Shown: positions 36,822 through 47,800 of the stretch, in pieces | Layout of the letters: each line of letters opens with the position of its first letter | Position numbering within the stretch: position 1 is the stretch's first letter | From: Ekhidna sp. | Lineage (GTDB): Bacteria > Bacteroidota > Bacteroidia > Cytophagales > Cyclobacteriaceae | Direction: 5' to 3' | DNA: 64,000 nt | NCBI GenBank assembly: GCA_014323825.1 | Contig: JACONI010000072.1 | Location: forward strand, 5,398 to 69,397 | The notes under the pieces: generated by a model | The model's database searches: none | What the model saw: only the letters and a program-made list of their open reading frames with translations | Told to the model about the DNA's origin: nothing | Translations under genes and position numbers: made by a program

Positions 36822-39800
36822 TAAAAATCGTTATCGGCTTTGTACTGATGGCACCACTACTGCTGAATGCACAAGAACCGGTCATTAACAGTATTTCTCC
36901 GACTCATGCAACATACGGGGAAACCATCACCATCACAGGAAGTAATCTTACCGGCATTGATAGAGTATTTTTTGGCAGCGTGAGCGTCACAGGGGGAGAC
37001 ATCACGGTTGTTTCCGACAACCTTATCCGTGCTGTTGTCCCCGAAGGAGTCACGCACGGACCGATTACCGTACTTAACAGCAGCAGCAATCTGATTGCGC
37101 AGTCATCCGAACTTTTTTATATCAGTTTCGGAGGGACCGGGACACCGTCGTTCGCATCGGAATTCACAATACCCACCGCTACCGATGCTGCAACACTCAA
37201 CGTCTTTGATATTTGCCTCTGTGACATCAATGCAGATGGCCTTAACGATGTCATTCTTACCCATGAGAATTTTGACGGATCTCTCGCCAATCTTGCCGAG
37301 TTCACGTATTTTTTGAATGCCAGTACGCCGGCTGCAACTAACTTTGGGACTCCAAACACCGTCAATCTACTCCCTCCTTTCGCTGAAGTTGACGGGTTTG
37401 TATCCGTTAAATGCAGAGACCTTGATAATGACGGAGACAATGAGGTGGTGTTTATCGTATCCGAAGAAACATTGAATGAGCACATTTTTATTTTCGACGA
37501 CATCACTGTGACAAACCCAATGCCTGATAGAAGGCTAACCCTCCCCAGAACTTCAAACGGTGATGTAAGAGATGCTAGGGGCTTTAGTATAAGCGATGTA
37601 GATGGTGATGGCCTAGAGGATGTTTTAGTAGCCAACGGTACGGATAACGTCATTGTAATATTTAGAAATGCCGGCGGTACAAATCCGTTTGAGGTAGTGG
37701 AAGTAGCCGTTGAAGGCCCTGCAAGAACAGGCAGCATTGACGTTGCAGACCTTAACAATGATTTGCTGCCGGACATCGTGATAGTACCATTCGGAACAGC
37801 GAACGAAAACATCTATTTCCTGAAGAACAACAGCATCAACGGAAACATTTCTTTTCTACAGCAACCACCGGTAACTAATCCGGACACTCGAAGAAATGTA
37901 AAGATAGGTGACTTTAACAATGACGGACTCCCCGATATAGCAGCAACCGCACTCACAACCAATACGCATAGGATAACCATCCTGCGAAATACATCCGCAC
38001 CCAAAGGAGACATTGCCTTCTCTTTTGAAGAAAACATTAACATACCCACAGACTTTCCGTGGAGTTTGGACTTGGGGGATATAAACGGTGACGGGTTATT
38101 AGACATTGCGGTGAGTGATGCTACCCCTAACAACGGAGAAGTTTATGTCATTGCAAATAATACAACGTCCTCCGATATTTCATTTGAAAGCCCTTTAGCT
38201 GTCTCGATAAACAGGAATGCCAGAAACATTCTTATTGGAGATTTGAATGGGGATGCCAAACCGGATTTGGCCTATTCCGAAGGAGTTAATCTTAATGGTA
38301 ACGGAGGCTTAGGCGTATTGATCAATACTACCTGCATCGAGCCGGTCATTACACCTCCCGACTTTACCTATTGTAACGGTGATCCTTTTACTTTGGCAGC
38401 CACTAACACTCCTAACGCTGCCTATAATTGGTCTATCCTACCCGGCGGTGCCCCAACCTCTACCTCCGCAAATACAGCCACATTTACCATCAACTCCGGT
38501 TCAGACGAAAGCATTGAAGTAGAAATCGTACAAGAAGGATGTACTACCACAGAACAAATCATGGTCACTTTCGGCGGAACTGCATCCGCTACACCAGCCA
38601 TCAGAGTCAGTGGTACGAGAGGCACAGGCACAATATGCGAAGGTGACGATATTATGCTAGAGCCAAACATTACTACTGCGGAGGATTATTTCTGGACATT
38701 ACCGGATGGCTCTACCTCAACTGCCAGCGAAATTGTACTGAATGGCGTAAGTGCTTCCGATGCCGGTGAATACACATTAACCGTAAGAGCCGGACCCAAT
38801 AACTGCACCAGCCCCCCGGGAAGATTCAACCTTCCTGTAGAGGCCTTTCCCCCACCCGTAATTTTTACCAATAATAGCATTGTATTTTGTGATAACGGAG
38901 CTAATAATCCGGAACTGGAGATAGAAGGGATCACAGGCGGCTCATACCAATGGAAACTGGACGGTACGGACATAAGAGGAGCAACAGGAACTCTCCTCAC
39001 AGCAAACGCATCAGGTAATTACACCGCAGCGGCTGTGAATGCTAACGGATGTGTTAATACATCCGGTGCCATTACTTTACAAGCTGTGAGTGAGCCGGTC
39101 TCCATGATTACCGGAGTTACGGCAACCTGTAATCAGCTGGCCACCCCATTTACCGCATCTTCAACGGGAGAAACGGGATTTACACTTGAGCACGTATGGG
39201 AAGTGGATTCTCTCACCGACATGTTAGCGACCTTCACCGGTCCCAACTTTACTTATACATTTAAAACCCCTTCCCCTTTTGATTACCTTTTAAAGCTCAA
39301 AACGAGCTACCTGTCAAGCGAAGTAGCTGCCTGTACTAATGAACAAAACGTCATTGTACGCGTTTCCCCTCCCCCCGCAATTTCTTTCAATGTGCCGGAT
39401 AAGACTCAAAAATGTTCGGCAGATGCCTTAGATGTGAGAGTGACCAATCCGGGAGATACCGAAATATCAAGCTACAACTGGTCTACCAGAAATGCTGCAA
39501 ATGCTGCCATTATCTCTTCGGACGCATCAAGCACAAATTCCGTCTTACTCGCCACACCCACCGGAGTGGACTCTGCGTATGCGACAGTGAATATTATCAC
39601 AAACATCGGTTGTACCGTTAGAGACAGCATTTTAATCAGAAACTTACCCATCACCGCTGATATCAGTTCTCCTGACTTTGAGCGTATTCTGACCAAAGAC
39701 TCAGCCACTCTTGAAGATGACATCTCAATAAAGCTTGAGGCTGTAAATCTTATCTCGGACTTCTCATGGGAACCTGCCGCACAAATCGACAATCCAACAG

Positions 39801-40192
39801 CGGCAAGCATATCCTTTTTTCCTCAAAACCCAAAGAGTACCGTAGTACTCACCGGTATAGATGAAAACGGCTGCCGAGTATCCAGCCGGGTTGTCATCAC
39901 GCTGGATAATATAAGGCCCAAGAAGACGTTCTCACCAAACGGTGACGGCAATAATGATTGCTGGGAGATATTAAATATCGGCGACATGGGTGAAACACTC
40001 GGATGTAAGGTCTACATTTTTGATGCAAGAGGTAGAAATGAAACCCCGGTGATAGAACAATTTGATGATGAGAATTGCGTGTGGGATGGAACCGCCTCGG
40101 GATCTCCTGTCCCGGAGGGTGTTTATTATTTTGTTTTAAAATGCAGCGATGATACCTTCTCCAGATCGGGAAGTATTTTACTTGCCCGTTAG
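36797..40192 (+). CDS. T9SS type-B cargo with IPT/TIG domain, FG-GAP/VCBS propeller and Ig/PKD domains
   Basis: Signal peptide (LNA|Q), PVINSISP...ITITG, repeated D.(N/D).DG..D motifs, C-terminal KKTFSPNGDGNNDCWEI...GVYYFVL...GSILLAR. Confidence 0.9.
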   Translation: MGIRSYGIIKIVIGFVLMAPLLLNAQEPVINSISPTHATYGETITITGSNLTGIDRVFFGSVSVTGGDITVVSDNLIRAVVPEGVTHGPITVLNSSSNLIAQSSELFYISFGGTGTPSFASEFTIPTATDAATLNVFDICLCDINADGLNDVILTHENFDGSLANLAEFTYFLNASTPAATNFGTPNTVNLLPPFAEVDGFVSVKCRDLDNDGDNEVVFIVSEETLNEHIFIFDDITVTNPMPDRRLTLPRTSNGDVRDARGFSISDVDGDGLEDVLVANGTDNVIVIFRNAGGTNPFEVVEVAVEGPARTGSIDVADLNNDLLPDIVIVPFGTANENIYFLKNNSINGNISFLQQPPVTNPDTRRNVKIGDFNNDGLPDIAATALTTNTHRITILRNTSAPKGDIAFSFEENINIPTDFPWSLDLGDINGDGLLDIAVSDATPNNGEVYVIANNTTSSDISFESPLAVSINRNARNILIGDLNGDAKPDLAYSEGVNLNGNGGLGVLINTTCIEPVITPPDFTYCNGDPFTLAATNTPNAAYNWSILPGGAPTSTSANTATFTINSGSDESIEVEIVQEGCTTTEQIMVTFGGTASATPAIRVSGTRGTGTICEGDDIMLEPNITTAEDYFWTLPDGSTSTASEIVLNGVSASDAGEYTLTVRAGPNNCTSPPGRFNLPVEAFPPPVIFTNNSIVFCDNGANNPELEIEGITGGSYQWKLDGTDIRGATGTLLTANASGNYTAAAVNANGCVNTSGAITLQAVSEPVSMITGVTATCNQLATPFTASSTGETGFTLEHVWEVDSLTDMLATFTGPNFTYTFKTPSPFDYLLKLKTSYLSSEVAACTNEQNVIVRVSPPPAISFNVPDKTQKCSADALDVRVTNPGDTEISSYNWSTRNAANAAIISSDASSTNSVLLATPTGVDSAYATVNIITNIGCTVRDSILIRNLPITADISSPDFERILTKDSATLEDDISIKLEAVNLISDFSWEPAAQIDNPTAASISFFPQNPKSTVVLTGIDENGCRVSSRVVITLDNIRPKKTFSPNGDGNNDCWEILNIGDMGETLGCKVYIFDARGRNETPVIEQFDDENCVWDGTASGSPVPEGVYYFVLKCSDDTFSRSGSILLAR

Positions 40193-40280
40193 CAATAAAA
40201 AAATATGGAAAATAATTTGAAGTTGGGAGATATAATACGTATATTTAATAAGTTAAGAAAAAAATAAAATTTTAAAAAAT

Positions 40281-40621
40281 ATGAAAGAGATAAAAACACT
40301 AAGCGGAAGAGGACAAACTATTAGATACCGTAAGTCTAAGTTAATGATTGATAAACTCGAGGTACAATGGAGGGGGTTAAATTCTCATTTACCTCAGAAA
40401 CAGTGAATAAAATACGGAATGAACTCTTCAAAAATGAAGGGAGATGGTATGAGCTGGGCGCTTCAATGACAGACCCGCCAAAAGATGGATTTGGGTATTT
40501 TTTAACGACTCTGAACATAGGTTTATCATCCAGACATGGAACGGCAGTAGCAGCGATTTTAGTAGCAGAAGGATATTTGGAACATCAAGGGCAAAAACCA
40601 ATTTTACTGCGAAAAAAATAA
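40281..40621 (+). pseudogene. Frameshifted small hypothetical gene (~113 aa if repaired)
   Basis: ORF 40281-40406 (MKEIKTLSGRGQTIRYRK...VQW) joins ORF 40367-40621 (GVKFSF...WYELGASMTDPP...) if one G is added to the G5 run at 40372-40376. Confidence 0.6.
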
Positions 40622-40640
40622 CCCCTCAACAGCAAAAAAT

Positions 40641-40703
40641 AACCATTGAAGGTTTTACAAGAAGATGAATTTACAAACGACATCGGGGAAACCTTGAAGG
40701 TTT
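40641..40703. repeat. Degenerate and exact copies of the AAACCT-TGA-AGGTTT REP-like unit
   Basis: aaccattgaaggtttt (40641-40656) and aaaccttgaaggttt (40689-40703). Confidence 0.65.
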
Positions 40704-40806
40704 AATTATATTGCATGAAGTCAATAAGTATGATTAAGTAACAAGACCAAAATAAAATCGAAAAAATATAAAAGAGCTGCCCACAATTATAGAAAACCGA
40801 ACTGAA

Positions 40807-41370
40807 TTGAAAAATCTGAACTTTGAAACGATATTAAAAGATGCATAAGAAATTCGTTCTTCCCAAGAATGATTTATACATCCGGAGTTTCTAAAATACT
40901 TTGTGAATATTGACCGAATAGAGAAACACCATTTGGTAATTGCGAGTCATTTTGTTTATGGTTGGATGCCAACAATTATCCAATTGAATTTGAAACAAAA
41001 AGATAAAGTGTTGTGCTTATTGAACGCAACGAAAAATGAACACATTTTGAACAAATCGGAACTGGAAATTCTAAAGAGCTCGATAAATAACTCACTCGTT
41101 GGACTTTCAAAGCTATTGCATTTTATCAATCCAAAAAATTATGCGATTTGGGACAGTCGGATTTTTAGATACTTGACCGAAAAGAAAAGCTATTACGGAA
41201 TTGATGAGCCTGAACACTATCTCAAATATTTAAAAGGACTTGAAATTATTGCGAAGCATAAAGATTACGGAAAATTGCACAATATTATCGCTCGGAATTT
41301 TGACTACGAAATCCATCCGAATAGAGCTATTGAAATCACAATGTTCGAGACTGAGAGAAATAGACAATAG
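40807..41370 (+). pseudogene. Hypothetical gene (YGWMPT / SKLLHF..P..Y.IWDSR family) with two in-frame stops near the 5' end; 40903-41370 is still open
   Basis: The same frame upstream of the GTG reads LKNLNFETILKDA*EIRSSQE*FIHPEFLKYF, with TAA at 40846-48 and TGA at 40870-72. Confidence 0.55.
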
Positions 41371-41832
41371 CGGACTGAAAGATGGATTTGAATACTTTTT
41401 AAAAAATCTGGTGGATGTTTATCTTTTGGATAGGCCGGTAGGCAGCCTTGTTTGGATTATTTAAACTGTTCATCCCATAGAACATTTGATTTCAATATCA
41501 GAAGTAGGCATTTTAACTTCTTAAATTCGCAGCATTGACCACTTTACAGGTAAAAACTTAAACCAAATCCAAACCCCACAATACATTCAGCGTTGTTAAT
41601 CAGAATAATTTCCCATGCTTACCCGTTAATAAAGAAGTGTTTTATCTGAAAAATATTTAAAAATAATTATACCTTATGCCAATAAATTTTTACTTTGATT
41701 TTTATCCGTAACTTTACTTGATTGAGTTTTACTTTTTGGTTTTCAAAGCGTTTGATTAACTTTTCAAATTTATTATAGTTACATTATATTTATTAAGCGT
41801 ATATATACATTGAACTTACTTCAAATAATAAA

Positions 41833-44800
41833 ATGAATAACTATCTTCAAATCTTACTTACAATAATATTTACATTCGTCACATTTCTAGCTTCTGCACA
41901 AACGGAAATTTGTAATAATAAAATTGATGACGATGGTGACGGAATGGTGGACTGTTTTGATGGAGATTGTTCAACAAACAACGATTGTGACGGTTTCTTT
42001 TTCGGAAATGCAGTATCCTGTTCAGACGAAATTGAAGTCAGCACATTTGCAATTCGTCAGCAATGGACATCTGATAATGAAACGGCAACCAGCCACGCAA
42101 CCCCCGTAGTAGGAGACCTGGACTTGAACGGAATTCCTGAAGTAATCTCAGTTAATAATAGAGGAACTCTTGACCTTTTTGTACTTAATGGAGCTACGGG
42201 CGAAACTATTGCCGCCGCCGATATAGGATTTGTACCTGAAAACACCCCTGTTATCGCTGATGTAAATAATGATGATGCTGGTGATATTATTGTGGCTCAA
42301 GATAAAGGAAATAACTTAGCATTGTATAATGTTAATATCGACAATGGTACGCTTACGCTTGTTTGGAGAGAGCGAGCCTCCAGAAACATGGGAGTAGGAA
42401 CTCCCGGAGTCGCTGACTTTGACGAGGACGGAGATGTAGAAATCTACTATCGGAACGAAATCATGAATGCTTCTGACGGAAGCATTTTAATAGCGGGAGA
42501 TCCCGGTGGAAACTGGGTTCGAAAATATATCTCTCAACCTATCGCCGCAGACATCTTTGACAGCGGAGATTGCCCCGATTGCGCCGGACTTGAGTTAATC
42601 ACCGGAAATGAAATCTGGTCAATAAATGAGGCAGCAGGGACAAGACAGATTGTTGCCGACCTCGATGATGTCATCCATGATGACATTGATGCTAACCTCA
42701 ACTATTATCCTGCTTACGAACCGGGAGTATCAAGTAACAACTTTTCTTCTGCTTCCATTGCCGATTACAACCTGGACGGTAATCTGGATGTTATTTTATC
42801 CGGCAAAATCGGTGAAAATATTGCTAATGCAGAAACTGCTGTCTTTTTCTGGGATGTAGCAAATCAAAACGTGATAACCTGGGACGACGGAAAGAATTTT
42901 AAAAATGGAACGGGAAGAATAAATATTGGAGATGTGGATGGGGACGGCCGGTTAAATGCCAGTTTCGTCATGGACCAAAAATTGATCTCTCTTGATGAGA
43001 ATTTTAATTTTCATTGGGACTTCTCTATTGACGAGGGATCCTCGGGTTACTCAGGATGTTCATTGTTTGATTTTGAAGGTGACGGCTCCACTGAAATCGT
43101 GTATCGAAGTGAAGAGTTACTCTTAATCCTTCGAGGTGAAGCAGGGTTATCAGATGTTGATAGGGTGAGAAAAAGTATTGCATGCCGCTCCCGAACCCAG
43201 GAAGAATATCCGGTAATTGCAGATGTGGACGGAGACGGCAACAGTGAGATATGTGTCGCCTGCTATTTCGATAACACACTTTCATTTGACCCGTACAATA
43301 ACACTCAATTCAGCAGTATAAGAGTCTACGAATCTAACGGGGAGGCATGGATGCCTGCAAGAAGAGTCTGGAACCAGCACGGATATTATAATGTAAATAT
43401 TAACGATGACCTGACCATACCAAAGGAAATTCAAGACCACGCAGTAAAATTTGCTAATCCCGGAACTTGTCAATACGCAGACGGTACCCCAATTCCATTT
43501 GATAGCAAACCACTCAACACATTCCTGAATCAAGCTCCGATTCTGAACGAACAAGGATGCGTAGAATTTGTATCACCGGACATCAACTTTGTGAGTGTAA
43601 TTCGCGCCGATCCCGTTGCCTGCCCGGACGCAACCACCGAAGTGGAGTTTCAGCTTACCAACAGTGGAGAGGCAGACATTTCAGGCAACCTTCCCGTCTC
43701 CTACTACTCCGGTGATCCTACTACTCCGAATGCCACTTTATTAGATACGGAAGTTACATTATTAGAAAATTTCCAAGTAGGTGAAACAATGAATGTCACA
43801 CAAAACGTAACAGCCCTCGGTGGAGAGTATCAATTATATGTTGTAATTAATGACAATGGTTCAACACCTCCCATCAGCGTCCCGCCTCCGACAGCAACCA
43901 TTCCCGAATGTAATACAGCTAATAATATTGGAAGTACGGCAGTAACTTTCTTAACTTTTACACTACAAACAGAAGTCCTCAGCAGCAATGAAAAATGCGC
44001 CGATTCTTATTTTGCGGATACAAATAGCGACGGTATTGATGAAGAAATAATTATACCGGATAATGGAGCAGCCCGGGCTTATTATCGTGGAACCATCCCC
44101 GGCTCAACAGGAACTTTCTGGCTGGAAAATTTTGAAGATAGCAATGCCGGAGATACAGATGACACCGGAGCAACATCCTGGTCTTCCGACCCAGGTACCA
44201 TAACACCCGATTTTTATGGGGTAGCCGAGGAGGATGGAGGAAAGTGGTTCCAAGCAAGGCACACAGGAGATGAAGATGATGAAGGAGTGGTAACCTGGAC
44301 ATCTGAAACCATTGACATCTCAGGGCACACCGATATTTCTCTATTCATAGACCTGTATGAAACGGGACAACTGGAAAGCTCCGGAAGAAATCGCGATTTT
44401 ATACGAGCAGAATATATTTTAAGAAATAACTCAAACACAATCACTGCCTCAGGAACACTTGACAACGGGGAGCATTACGGCAACTTTGATTACGCTCGAG
44501 CCTCCCTCACGAATATTAACGATGCCGGACAGAATAACAGCTCTTTGACGATAATCGTAAGTATGCATAATAGTAGCAGCAACGAAAGTCATTACATTGA
44601 TAACATTGAACTTCAGGGAACTACTACCTCTACTCCCGCAGAACTAACGGAAGGGGATGGCTTTGAATTTTATTGGTATGATGCCGCAGATACGGATTAT
44701 TCAGACCTTTTAAATAATACAAGCACCTTCTCTCAAATGGACGGCGGCCAGTACAATGTCTTAGGATACTTCCCCGCTACCGATTGTTATTCCGATACTA

Positions 44801-47800
44801 CAACGGTAACAATACCTGAATCCACAACCACGATCTATGTCTGGGCCTATCAAGAAGCTCCCAATACCAATTGTGAAACCCCCAATGGGATCACCGCTGC
44901 TTTCGTTTACACATCCACTCAGGACGGAACATTTCCCGCAACAGCAGCCAATATCCCTTTAGACACTTTGAAAACGGCAGACGGATACACGTTTACATGG
45001 TTCTTTGAAGGAGATGCTGCTACTGCCATCGGGACAGGCGATCGACTGACCAACCGTAATCAAACCGGTTATACGGTAGAAGTATTCCAACCTTCTACAG
45101 GATGCACCTCATCTACAAATGTCGATGTCACCTCAACAAATACTCAGATAACCGGCGTAAATAAGCAAATACGAAATATTACGGAATGCGAAGGGCTCGG
45201 GTGGTTAGGGGCCAATGTAGGAGGATCTGTAAGTGGATTTACATTCTACTGGTACGATGGCACTTCAATAAAGCCAACCCCGGATTTTGTTGGTGTTTTG
45301 TACTACCCCTTGTATGATCAGGGAGACTTCCTGCTAGTGGTTGAAGATGATATTTCAAAATGTACTTCTGCTCCCATTCCTTTTCGCCTGGAAGATGAGT
45401 CCCCTGCCCCTACCCCTACCGCTTCATTATTTACAAACAACACCTCGTGTGTCGCAGGAAATGGAATTGTAACCGCTGACGGGGACGGCAGTGGAACTGT
45501 TGCAGGATATACGTTCGAATGGTTCTTAGGAGACAACACACTCGCCTCCAATGCACTCCCGGGCGATGCCGCCCCCGGAGCGTTCTTACAAAACGACAAT
45601 CCTTACGAACTGGGCGGACTGAAAGAGGCGACTTATACTGTCAGAGTGACCGAAGATGCCACAGGATGTGCCGAAACCAGGACGGTAAGGGTAAATGACG
45701 CACCGACCTCTCTTATGATAAACAATACAGCAATAAATACGGATATAATTATCGGAAGCTGCGATCCGGCGGAACTTGGCGTTATTGATGCCTCCGGAGT
45801 CGTATTAGACGATATAACCGCTATTTCCATCGGAAACATAAATGGCAACTTTGAAATTCCGGATATTTCCGGATATACGTTTTTGCCTCAAGAGGATTTG
45901 CCCGGATGGTCAACAACGGCTACGGATAATGAGGTAGAGTTATGGAATGACGGTACTTTTGGAGTGGACGCATTTGAAGGCGAGCAATTCGCAGAAATCC
46001 TGGCAAATGAAATTGGCGCACTGTATTTTGATTTAAGTACCGTACCGGGATCTTTATTCTCGTGGGCATTCGCACACCGGGGAAGAGCAAATGGAAGAGC
46101 ACCCGGAAGAGGACCTCGTGACTCTCTTAGAGTAAGTATTGGCAATCCGAGTGCCGTGTTACGGCAGGGAGATTTTGGAACAGGCACTACAGCCTGGGAA
46201 GTTTATTCGGGAACCTACGTGGTCCCTGATGATCAATTCGTTACCCGATTCCAATTTGAAAGCCTAGACCCCGGTTCTGTTGGTAACCTTATAGACTCGG
46301 TCTCTTTCGTCCTGCTCCCGTATCGATTCCAGTTATACGAAGGGACTGTGGCAAGCGGCGACCCGGATTATATGAATGTTGACGGCCAATTTGAAGACCT
46401 GGATCCGGGTAATTATGTTCTGGTTGTTAATGATAATTTGACCGGCTGTGCAGCAGTTGAAATTCCAATAACGATTACCAGGGAAGAGACAGCTCCTGTC
46501 ATACCCGCTCCTGCCATTACCCATGATGCCCATTGCAAAGACGATGCAGGTGCGATCGAGATTTCCGCAGCATCCACACCTGAACCTGCCACTTACACTT
46601 ACGAACTTTTTGACGGACATTCATTTGCGACCCAGATTGGGCCTGCTCAGACCGCAGCATCCGGCACATCATTTACATTTGATAATATCGGCCCGGGAGA
46701 TTACCGAGTTAGAGTTACCAATGACGCAACACTTTGTACTTCTTTCGTTGATGAAATCATAAATGATGCGACCGTCATTCCGGTATTTAACACAAGCTAT
46801 GTGTTAAACCACAATACCTCTTGTAATCCATTAAATCCAAATGGTCAGATCATTGTCAGCATTGACATATCGGGCTATAATCCGAATAATTACAATTTCT
46901 CATGGTACGAGGGATCTTCAGTAGCTACAGGTACTCCCTTACCGGCCCGGTCCGGCGTAGGTGCCAACTCACTTAGTGACCTTTCCGAAGGTGACTTTAC
47001 CGTTGTTGCCGAGAATATTAGTGACGGATGTGAAACAATGGAGCTTACCATCCCACTTTTAGATCAACCTTTTGTGCCTGATGTATTACTCACTCAGGAC
47101 AATCCTGACACTTCATGTGATGTCGGTAACGGACAGTTGAGTGCATTAGTCAATAATGATCCCAACTCATCCGGTTCAGCTCCTTTCTATAACAATTATA
47201 CCTTCGAATGGTATTATAACGGAACAGGGCCAATAACCGCAGGGAGTGATCTTGGGAATAATTCAAATGTATCCTTCTCAGGAACGAATAATAGCACCAT
47301 AAGCGGACTTTCCGGCGACCTAAATGAATATTCCGTAACGGTAATGCATAACGACCTTGAGTGCAATACTACCGAAAGGATTATTTTAACGGAAGACTTA
47401 AATGTTCCTACAATTACAGCCGTTCCAGCTTCAAATACAACTTGTATTCCTGCTGCGGCAACGGGAACAATTACGGTTACTAATGACATTCCTACAGCAA
47501 CAGACAGATACTACTATTATCGTTCCGACGGGACGTTGGTGACAGATGCTGCACCCGTCTCGGGTTCATCTACCGATAATGTGAGCGGCTTAACAGATGA
47601 TACCTATAAAGTGGTTGCAGAAACTAACTTAGGATGTACTTCGGATACATTGACTGTTGTGGTAGGATTAACCGAACCTACTCTTGGAGCCGGCGAATCG
47701 GGACTTACCAATAATACAGTCTGTGACCCCGCAGGCAATGATCCCGGCAGTCCTGATGCAAACGGTGCCGTAACCTTCACTCCAACAGGAGGAACAGGCA

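Noticed and set aside
41240-41464. 74-aa ORF overlapping the end of the pseudogene
   Set aside because: Mostly an alternate frame of the upstream ORF; no recognisable motif.
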